Source: an uncultured Rickettsiales bacterium
Lineage (GTDB): Bacteria; Myxococcota_A; UBA796; UBA9615
DNA: 64,000 nucleotides
Reading direction: 5' to 3'
Assembly (NCBI GenBank): GCA_964512225.1
Contig: CAZEKB010000024.1
Location: forward strand, 678 to 64,677
The first letter of the stretch is position 1; each line of letters begins with the position of its first letter. This document shows positions 39,422-47,402 of the stretch, piece after piece. The notes beneath the pieces are model-generated. The model saw nothing but the letters and a program-made list of their open reading frames with translations. It did no database searches and had not been told where the DNA came from. Both the position numbers and the translations under genes were made by a program.

Positions 39422-41272
39422 ATGATCCCCGCCCCGATGGAGCCCATGGACCCCAAGTCGCCCCCGGATCTGGACGAGTTCGACCTCTCCCCCGAGGAGC
39501 TGAAGGCGCGCCGCGGGGGGGGCCTGCACGAGGGGACGACCAAGCCGTCGCCGCGACCCCAGCGGGAGGCGGCCGCGCTCGACGAGTTCGACGTCCCGCT
39601 CCCCGGGAAGACGCCGCCGACGCCGGCGAAGCTGCCCCCGCGCCGTGGTCACGTCCGCACCCCCGCGGGGCGAGCCCCCGATCCGGCCGCGGATCCGCCG
39701 TCGCGAGCGAAGCCGGGTCGAGCCGCCCGGGCCCGCGCCGACGGGCACCGGACGTACGCGGAGACGGGCGCCGGCCCCGACGTGTCCCGGCTGTTTCACC
39801 GGCTGCTCGCCCTGAACTTCCTCCTCGCGTTCTGGTCCCTCGGCCGCCAGGTCGAGGTCCTGATCGGACCCCGCGGCCTGCTGCCCGTGGCGGAGTTCGT
39901 GGACGTGGTGCGCATGCGCCCCGACACCGGGTTCGCGCAGTTCCCCACCTTCTTCCTGTGGGGCCCCGACGAGGCGTGGATCGCCGGGGGCATCACGCTG
40001 GGCATCGCTCTGTCCGTGGCGGCCCTGATCGGCGCGTTCCCCCGGATCCTGCTCGTCGCGCTCGTGCCGCTCTACCTCGGCTACGCCGTCGCCTGCCGCT
40101 CGTTCTTGGCCTTTCAGTGGGACAGCATGCTGATCGAGGCGGGCTTTCTGGCCATCTTCCTTCCCCGCGACGTGCGATCGCCGGTGATGCTGCTCGGGTT
40201 CCGTCTACTGCTGTTCAAGCTGTATTTCGAATCGGGGCTAGCGAAGTGGCAGAGTCACCTCGGGGACTGGCAGGACGGCAGCGCGATGGTCCTGTACTAC
40301 CAAACGGCCCCGCTGCCGACGCCGATGGCGTGGTTCGCCCACCACATGCCCGCCGCCTGGCACCACATCGAGTCCTACGGGGCCTTGGCGCTCGAGCTGG
40401 TCGTGCCCTTCTTCGTCTTCGGCCCGCGGGGGCTGCGACGGGTGGCGTTCGTGGCCCTGACGGGCTTCCAGATCCTGAACTTCGCGACGGCGAACTACGG
40501 CTTCTTCATCACCCTGAGCCTCGCCCTGCACGTCTTCCTGCTCGACGACGCCGACCTGCGCGCCGCGGGGGCGAGCGTCCGCAGCCTCTTCGGGATGCAC
40601 GGCAAGCTGGGGGTCGCGCGGGCCGACTGGCGTTCCCCGGGCGTGCGCACGCTCGGCGCCTGGGGAGCCCTCCTCGTGGTCCTCTCCTGGGGGGCCCTGT
40701 CGGCGACGATGGCCTCCGATCGGTTCCTCGAAGGCAGCCGCGCCCGCTCGTCGACGCCGCTGCTGGCCGACCTCGCGGAGGCCGCGTCCCCCTTCCGCAT
40801 CGCCAACAACTACCACCTGTTCGGGCACATCACGACCACGCGGGTGGAGCCCGAGTTCCAGACGCAGAAGGGCGGGGAGTGGCGCACCCACCACCTCCGC
40901 TACAAGCCCGGAGATCCGTCGCGGACGGGGCCCTGGGTCGCGCCGCACCAGCCTCGCGTGGACTTTCGGCTGTGGTTCTACGGCCTGAGCTTCGAGCACG
41001 GAACGCCGGAGTACGTGCAGACCCTCCTGCGCCGCATCTGCCACGATCCGGCGGCGGTGCAGTCGCTGTTCGCGCGGCCGCTGCCCGCCGACGCCGACGC
41101 CGTGCGGATCCGGTTCCTGGACTACCGCTACACCGACGGGCCCACGAAGCGCGCGACGGGCGACCGCTGGGCGACGGAGGAGGTGGCCACGAGCGCTCCG
41201 ATGGCCTGCAGCGACGCGGTGGGGCTCGGGGCGGCGGCGCGCGAGGTCGACGAGCGAGGGGGTGAGCCGTGA
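39422..41272 (+). CDS. Lipase maturation factor (LMF) family polytopic membrane protein
   Basis: Multi-TM N-terminal half, then the LMF-type C-terminal domain ANNYHLFGHITTTRVEPEF...WRTHHLRYKPGD...VAPHQPRVDFRLWF. There are three possible Met starts within the first 9 codons. Confidence 0.65.
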   Translation: MIPAPMEPMDPKSPPDLDEFDLSPEELKARRGGGLHEGTTKPSPRPQREAAALDEFDVPLPGKTPPTPAKLPPRRGHVRTPAGRAPDPAADPPSRAKPGRAARARADGHRTYAETGAGPDVSRLFHRLLALNFLLAFWSLGRQVEVLIGPRGLLPVAEFVDVVRMRPDTGFAQFPTFFLWGPDEAWIAGGITLGIALSVAALIGAFPRILLVALVPLYLGYAVACRSFLAFQWDSMLIEAGFLAIFLPRDVRSPVMLLGFRLLLFKLYFESGLAKWQSHLGDWQDGSAMVLYYQTAPLPTPMAWFAHHMPAAWHHIESYGALALELVVPFFVFGPRGLRRVAFVALTGFQILNFATANYGFFITLSLALHVFLLDDADLRAAGASVRSLFGMHGKLGVARADWRSPGVRTLGAWGALLVVLSWGALSATMASDRFLEGSRARSSTPLLADLAEAASPFRIANNYHLFGHITTTRVEPEFQTQKGGEWRTHHLRYKPGDPSRTGPWVAPHQPRVDFRLWFYGLSFEHGTPEYVQTLLRRICHDPAAVQSLFARPLPADADAVRIRFLDYRYTDGPTKRATGDRWATEEVATSAPMACSDAVGLGAAAREVDERGGEP

Positions 41273-42051
41273 GCGACGTACAGCCCCTGGTCGACGCCGA
41301 GGGTCACGAGGTCATCATCCGCTTCCAGGACATCTGGAAGGCGTTCGGCCGGAACGTCATCTACGAGGGCCTCGACCTCGACGTGCGGCGCGGCGAGACG
41401 CTGACGGTCGTGGGGGGCTCGGGGACGGGCAAGTCCGTGCTCCTGAAGTGCCTGCTGCGCCTGCTGATCCCCGACCGGGGCACGATCACGGCGTTCGGGG
41501 AGACGGTCACGGGTCGGAACGAGCGCGAGATGCTCCCGATCCGACGACGCATCGGGATGCTGTTCCAGGGCGGGGCGCTGTTCGACTCGTTGACCGTGCG
41601 CGAGAACGTCGCCTACCCCCTGCGCGAGCACGGGTGGACGGACGAAGACGAGATCGGCTCGCGGGTGGCCGACGTCCTCAAGATGGTCAACATGCCGGGC
41701 ATCGAAGAGAAGTGGCCCGCCGAGCTGTCCGGGGGCATGAAGAAGCGCGTGGGGCTCGCCCGCGCCATCGCGATGCGCCCGGAGGTCATCCTCTACGACG
41801 AGCCCACGACGGGCCTCGATCCCACCAACGTGCGGCACATCGACGACCTGATCATGGACCTGCAGAAGCGCCTGGGGGTGACCTCGATCGTGGTCACGCA
41901 CGACATGGCGTCGGCCTTCCGGATCTCGGACCGCATCGCCCTGCTCCTGGACCGGCGGATCGTGTGGGTGGGGCCCAAGGAGGACGTCGACACCTGCCCC
42001 GACCAGCGGGTGAAGGGGTTCGTGGACGGCACCCTGCCGATCGGCGACTAA
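41269..42051 (+). CDS. ABC transporter ATP-binding protein (MlaF/Ttg2A-like)
   Basis: Walker A GGSGTGKS, signature LSGGMKKRVGLARA and Walker B ILYDEPTTGLD. GTG start overlapping the LMF stop. No permease gene is adjacent. Confidence 0.85.
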   Translation: MSDVQPLVDAEGHEVIIRFQDIWKAFGRNVIYEGLDLDVRRGETLTVVGGSGTGKSVLLKCLLRLLIPDRGTITAFGETVTGRNEREMLPIRRRIGMLFQGGALFDSLTVRENVAYPLREHGWTDEDEIGSRVADVLKMVNMPGIEEKWPAELSGGMKKRVGLARAIAMRPEVILYDEPTTGLDPTNVRHIDDLIMDLQKRLGVTSIVVTHDMASAFRISDRIALLLDRRIVWVGPKEDVDTCPDQRVKGFVDGTLPIGD

Positions 42052-42083
42052 AGACTCCCGGCGATCCGACCGATGGGTGCGCC

Positions 42084-43043
42084 ATGTCCGCGTCCTTGCG
42101 CCTCTCCGTGCCCACGATCGATGCCCCCGACTTCGACCTCGACCGGGCGATCCGCGACAAGGACCTCTCCGGCAAGGACCTCCAGGGCGCCGACTTCACC
42201 GGGCGCGACCTGTCCGGCACTCGGTTCGTGGGCTGCGATCTGCGGGGCGCGACCTTCTATCAGGCCGTCCTCGACGACGCCGAGTTCCTGCAGTCGGACC
42301 TCCGCGGCGCGGAGTTCACCCACGCGCGGGGCGCCCGAGTGGGCTTCGGGGCCACCGACCTCCGGGACGCGAAGCTGCTGGACGTGGAGATGCCCGAGGC
42401 GTCGTTCACCGACGCGCGCATGGACGACGCCGACCTGCGCGCCGCCCGCCTCCCCCGCTCGCGCTTCCGCGGGACCGTCCTGCACGGGACCGAGTGCCAC
42501 AGCGCGGACCTCTCGGGCGCCGACCTGCGCGGGGCCGACGTGAGGGGCGCGAGCTTCCGCGCGGCGAGCTTCCGCGACGCCGTCTTCACCGGCATCGCCG
42601 GGCACCGGTCGGCGGACTGGACCGGCGTGTGCCTCCAGGGGGCCGACTTCACCGGCGCGTACATGGTCCGCAGGCACGTCATGGACGTGAACTACCTGCA
42701 CGAGTTCCGTTCCCAGAGCGTCGCCTCGGAGATCCTCTACCGGATCTGGTGGCTCACCTCGGACTGCGGTCGCAGCCTCGGCCGCTGGATCGTCTTCACG
42801 GCCGCCGTCATCGCGATCTTCGGCGGCCTCTACACGGTCGTCGACGTGGACTTCGGGGCGTACGAGACGGCCCTGTCCCCCTGGTACTACTCCGTCGTCA
42901 CCTTCACGAGCCTCGGCTACGGCGAGGTGCTGCCCGTCTCCACGGGGGCGAAGGCGGTGGCCATGGTCGAGGTGCTCCTCGGCTACGCCGCGCTCGGGGG
43001 AGGCCTGAGCATCTTCGCCGAGAAGATGGCCCGCCGGGCCTGA
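42084..43043 (+). CDS. Pentapeptide-repeat domain fused to a two-TM K+-channel-like pore domain (Ion_trans_2)
   Basis: About 180 aa of A(D/N)LxG pentapeptide repeats (DLSGKDLQGADFTGRDLSGTRFVGCDLRGATF...). Then TM1, the pore helix and selectivity-filter-like TFTSLGYGEV (TxGYG), then TM2. Confidence 0.7.
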   Translation: MSASLRLSVPTIDAPDFDLDRAIRDKDLSGKDLQGADFTGRDLSGTRFVGCDLRGATFYQAVLDDAEFLQSDLRGAEFTHARGARVGFGATDLRDAKLLDVEMPEASFTDARMDDADLRAARLPRSRFRGTVLHGTECHSADLSGADLRGADVRGASFRAASFRDAVFTGIAGHRSADWTGVCLQGADFTGAYMVRRHVMDVNYLHEFRSQSVASEILYRIWWLTSDCGRSLGRWIVFTAAVIAIFGGLYTVVDVDFGAYETALSPWYYSVVTFTSLGYGEVLPVSTGAKAVAMVEVLLGYAALGGGLSIFAEKMARRA

Positions 43044-43059
43044 TGGGTCGGGCCGCCTG

Positions 43060-43872
43060 ATGTTCGGCGTCTTCCGCCGCCGCGACCCGACCGCGGACCT
43101 GCGCCGCGCCCTCGGAGACTTCGAGCCGCCCGCCTTCCCGGCGTCCGTGCTCGCCGCGCTCGCCGAGGTGCGGGACCCCGACTCCTCCCCCGCCCGCATC
43201 GCCGCCGCCGTCGCCCTGGACCCGGGCCTCACCGCGCGGATCCTCGTGCGCGTCAACAGCCCCGCGTTCGGGCTGCGGCGGCGCGTCGACTCGGTCCCCC
43301 ACGCCGTCTCGCTCCTCGGCCGGGGCCCCCTGGAGTCGATCCTGATCTCGGTCGGGGTGCGTCGCGTCCTGCCGTCACGCCGGGTCCGCGGCTTCGACCC
43401 CGCGCGGTTCTGGGCGGCCGCGAGTCGCCGGGCGGCCGTGGCGGGCGAGCTCGCCGGGGTCCTCCACCCGCGCACGCGGGCTCAGTCGGTGACGGCGGCC
43501 CTCCTCCAGGACATGGCCCTGCCGTTCCTCGCTACCGCGGGGCCCGACGGCTACGGCGAGCTCCTCGCCGAGACCGGCGGCTCCCCGGCCCTGCCTCCCC
43601 TCGAGCGCGCCGCCTTCGGCTGGGACCACGCCGAGGTCGCGGGGTGGCTCTGCGACGCGTGGCAGTTCCCGGACCTCCTCGCCACGGCGATCACCGGACA
43701 CCACGGCGCGGACTCCGCGGCGCCGCCCGCCGTCCGCCTGGTGGGCCTGCTCGACGACGACGGCGGCCTCGACGCCCTCGTGGCCCGCGTCGAGTCCGAC
43801 TTCGACCTCGCCCCGGATCGGGCGCTGGCGGTCGTGCGTCGGGGGCTGGAGAGCTCCGACCAGGCCGCCTGA
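43060..43872 (+). CDS. HDOD-domain signal transduction protein
   Basis: The AAAVALDPGLTARILVRVNSPAFGLRRRVDSVPHAVSLLG pattern is typical of HDOD (PF08668), as are ...GWDHAEVAGWL and ITGHH. Confidence 0.7.
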   Translation: MFGVFRRRDPTADLRRALGDFEPPAFPASVLAALAEVRDPDSSPARIAAAVALDPGLTARILVRVNSPAFGLRRRVDSVPHAVSLLGRGPLESILISVGVRRVLPSRRVRGFDPARFWAAASRRAAVAGELAGVLHPRTRAQSVTAALLQDMALPFLATAGPDGYGELLAETGGSPALPPLERAAFGWDHAEVAGWLCDAWQFPDLLATAITGHHGADSAAPPAVRLVGLLDDDGGLDALVARVESDFDLAPDRALAVVRRGLESSDQAA

Positions 43873-43908
43873 CGGAGCCGCCCCGCCCGGGCTGATAGCC
43901 TCGTCGCG

Positions 43909-45564
43909 GTGAAGCGTGGTGCCCTGATCCTGTTGGCGCTGATCGTCGTTCAGCGGCTCGTGATCCTGCTCGCGTGCCCCGATCTCCTGCACGACTGGGA
44001 CGCGGGCGAGCTCAAGCACCTGGACCTCGCGATGTTCGGCCTCCCCGCCGTCGAGGGCGGCTTCCTCGACGCCCTGACGCGGTGGCTGTCGGCGCCCGAG
44101 AACATCCACCACGGGGGGTACGTCGTGCTCTCCGTGGGGTACGCCGCGGCGAGCGCGGTCTTCGGTCACTCCCTGCTCCTGCTGCGCTGCTTCCCGCTCC
44201 TCGCGGGCACCGGAGCGGCCGTCTGCGCCTGGCTCTTCCTGCGGCGCCGGTTCGACGATCGCGCCGCGATCCTGGCGCTCGTGCTGTTCGTCGGCGCGCC
44301 CCCGATCCTGCTCAAGTGGTCGCTGACCGCCCGGGGCGGGCACACCGAGGCCATCGTCCTGGTCCCGCTGCTCGCGCTGCTGTGCGACGCGGCCCTGCGC
44401 GACGATCGACCCTGGCGCTGGGGCCTGGCGGGCGCCGTCGCGGGCTTCGGCGTCTACTACACCTACCTCGCCGCGCCCGCCGCCGCCCTCATCGGCGTCG
44501 CCGCGCTCGCCGAGCGGGCCCTGCGGGGTCGGGGGCCGCGGCTGCGGCGGGCGACGGGGGCGGCGCTCGTGGGGGTGGTGTTCGGCTTCTCGCCCTGGCT
44601 GCTGGGCTGGCTCGTGCTCGATCTGCCCTACCTCGGGGCGACGATCCACGCGTCGGCGCGCCCCGACGAGGCCTCGGAGGTGCTGGGCCGCGGCTTCATC
44701 GACCTCGCGCGCGGGGCCGTCGTCGCGCTCCCCCACAACCTCTGGCCGTGGACCGTGGGGAAGGCGACCGCGCCCGCCTACCTCGCGGAGATGCCCGACC
44801 AGCTCGACTACGCCCCGACCGTCGTGGAGTGGGCCGCCCGCGCGGTCGTGAACGTGGCCGTCCTGCTCGGCCTGCGGGCCGCGTGGCGTCGCCGGTCCCC
44901 CCTGCTCGCCGGTCTCTTCCTGCTCCCCGCCCTCCACTACCTCTTCGTGATCCGGCTCGCCAACCAGGGCGGCTGGCCGGAGGTCCCGCACCGCTACCTC
45001 GCGATCGCGTGGCCCGCGGTGGTCATGGCGGCCGCCGCGGGGGTGTCCGAGCTCCGCGGACCGGCCCTGCGCGCGGGCACGGCGGCCCTCGCGGGGGTGG
45101 CGCTCGCCGCGCTGACGGTGACCGTGACCTGGCTCGGGCCGCCTGCGCCCGCCATCGACATCGAGGCGCTCCGAGACAACTCGCTCGGTCGGATCCGCGC
45201 CTCCGAGGCGGCCGACATGAAGGCGCTCCTGGAGCGCCTCGACGCGGCGGACCCGGACGAGAGCCAGTCGTCCCGTCGGGGGGTCGGGCTCGTGTACTCG
45301 CCCATCGCCGACTACTTCCTGCTGTTCCGGACCGATCGGCGGCGGCCGTACCCCGATCGGCTCTTCGAGCGGGAGGACGCGCTGTCGGACACGCCCGCGC
45401 GTCGGGCCGCGCTGGTGCGGGGGGCGCTCGCGGCGACCGAGCTGCGGGTCCGGGACCCCGCCGAGCGGGCTCGCAGGCTCTGTTCGTGGACCCCGACCCC
45501 GGCCTACGAATCCGTCGTGGGCGATGTCCTGGCCGAGGGCGACGTCGGGCGGGATTGTCCCTAG
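43909..45564 (+). CDS. Polytopic membrane protein; possibly a GT39/ArnT-like glycosyltransferase (low confidence)
   Basis: More than 10 predicted TM helices and the large loop pattern of PMT/ArnT-type enzymes. No diagnostic motif was verified. Confidence 0.45.
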   Translation: MKRGALILLALIVVQRLVILLACPDLLHDWDAGELKHLDLAMFGLPAVEGGFLDALTRWLSAPENIHHGGYVVLSVGYAAASAVFGHSLLLLRCFPLLAGTGAAVCAWLFLRRRFDDRAAILALVLFVGAPPILLKWSLTARGGHTEAIVLVPLLALLCDAALRDDRPWRWGLAGAVAGFGVYYTYLAAPAAALIGVAALAERALRGRGPRLRRATGAALVGVVFGFSPWLLGWLVLDLPYLGATIHASARPDEASEVLGRGFIDLARGAVVALPHNLWPWTVGKATAPAYLAEMPDQLDYAPTVVEWAARAVVNVAVLLGLRAAWRRRSPLLAGLFLLPALHYLFVIRLANQGGWPEVPHRYLAIAWPAVVMAAAAGVSELRGPALRAGTAALAGVALAALTVTVTWLGPPAPAIDIEALRDNSLGRIRASEAADMKALLERLDAADPDESQSSRRGVGLVYSPIADYFLLFRTDRRRPYPDRLFEREDALSDTPARRAALVRGALAATELRVRDPAERARRLCSWTPTPAYESVVGDVLAEGDVGRDCP

Positions 45565-45603
45565 AGTCTCAAGGAGCGGCTCGCCCCGCCCGATGAGGAA
45601 CGA

Positions 45604-47353
45604 GTGCCCTTTCGCGTGAAGAAGTCCCCCACGACCGGCGGACCCGGAGCCCCCTCCCGCAGCCTGCGACGCCTGAACCGTCGAGCGCTCGCGATCGAGG
45701 GCAGCGGCGACGGCCTGTGGGATCTCGATCCGGGGGCCGGGCACATCTGGCTGTCTCGACGCGTCGCCGAGCTGCTGCGGATCGGCCACCGGGACATGAT
45801 CCTGTCCCTGGGCGCCGCCGCGCACCACGCGCACGAACCGGGCATCGCCCGCCTCCGCGCGAAGGTCGGCTCGGTTCGCCCCCCCGGCGGTCGGATCGAG
45901 GCCGAGCTGCGGCTCCGCACCAGCGACGGGCGCGACCTCTGGGTCGACATCCGGGCGGGCGTCAAGACCGACATCCACGGCCGTCTCCTGCGCGTCTCGG
46001 GCTCGATGCGCGACATCACGAGCAAGAAGAAGGGGGAGTTCGAGCTGCGCCACGCGGCCGTGCACGACGAGCTCACCGGCCTGCCGAATCGAACGCTCCT
46101 CACGCAGCGGCGTCGAGGACGCGGTGGGCGCGCTGCGTCGCGACCCGGCCCGCACCTTCGCCGTGCTCTATCTCGACCTCGACCGCTTCAAGCTGGTCAA
46201 CGACAGCGCCGGGCACGAGGTGGGCGACCAGCTCCTGTGCGCGGTCGCCCGCCGGGTCCGCAAGGCGCTGCGCCCGACGGACTTCTTCGCCCGCATCGGG
46301 GGCGACGAGTTCGCCGCGATCGTCTACGACGTCGACCGCGCCGAGCAGGCGCAGGCGGTCACGCGCCGGATCCACGGGGTGCTGGAGTCGCCGTTCCGGT
46401 TGGGGGAGCTGAGGCTGTACACGTCGACGTCGATCGGCATCGTGCTCGGCGACGCCACGCGGGCTCCCGACCAGCACCTGCGGCAGGCCGACACGGCGAT
46501 GTACAGCGCGAAGCAGGGCGGGGCGGGGGCGAACCGCGTCTACCGCGACGGTCTCCGCATGGAGGCCCGGGGGCGCCTGCACCTCGAGAGCGACCTCCAC
46601 CGCGCGGTGGAGGAAGAGGCGTTCGAGCTGCACTACCAGCCGATCATCGACCTGCGCACCGCGCAGCTGCGGGGCTTCGAGGCGCTGATCCGCTGGGAGC
46701 ACCCCGAGCGGGGCTGGATCTCTCCGTGTGAGTTCATCCCCATCGCCGAAGAGACGGGCCTGATCCGCCCGATCGGGCAGTGGGTCCTGGGGGCCGCCTG
46801 CCGCGCCGCGGCGAGCTGGAGCACCATCCACGAGCGCGCCCCGACCGTCTCGATCAACGTCTCGCCCCGGGAGTTCCGGGAGCCCGGGCTGCCGGACCGG
46901 GTCGCGGCCGTCCTGGACGAGACCGGCCTCGACCCCTCGCGCCTCCTCATCGAGATCACCGAAGGCTGCATGATCGACGAGGAGGCGACCATCGCGCTCC
47001 TGGACGACCTCAAGGACCTGGGCATCCGCCTCGCCGTGGACGACTTCGGCACCGGCTACAGCTCCCTCAGCTACCTCAGTCGGCTCCCCCTGGACATGCT
47101 CAAGATCGACCACACCTTCGTGGCCGCCCTGGGGACCGGGCACCACGACGAGACCGTCGTCCGCGCCATCGTCACGCTCGCGCACGAGCTCGAGATGTCG
47201 GTCGTCGCCGAGGGGATCGAGACCCCCGCGCAGCTCGGGTTCCTGTCCCGACAGGGCTGCGAGCTCGGCCAGGGCTACCTCATCGGCCGGCCGCAGGCGC
47301 TCACCTCCCTCGCGGATCTCCCGAAGCACCTCGAGGGGGTAAGCGCTCTGTAA
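45604..47353 (+). pseudogene. PAS-GGDEF-EAL c-di-GMP turnover protein disrupted by a +1 frameshift near 46108-46112
   Basis: The frame beginning at 45604 encodes PAS then the start of GGDEF (HDELTGLPNRTLLTQR) and then degenerates (RRGRGGRAASR...). The +1 frame picks up exactly where GGDEF should continue (VEDAVGALRRDPARTFAVLYLDLDRFKLVNDSAGHEVGD ... RIGGDEF) and carries a complete EAL domain (EALIRWEHP...DDFGTGYSSL) through to 47353. Confidence 0.6.
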
Positions 47354-47402
47354 AGCCCGAGATCTCGGGAACCCGCCGGGCGCGGCGAGGTCGGACGGGA
47401 TC

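Noticed and set aside
45604-46731. Treating frame 1 (45604-46731, 375 aa) as an intact PAS-only protein and 46124-47353 as an independent GGDEF-EAL gene
   Set aside because: The GGDEF N-terminal consensus (DELTGLPNR) is in frame 1 and its direct continuation is in the +1 frame, so one domain is split. Frame 1 past 46110 is Arg/Gly junk.
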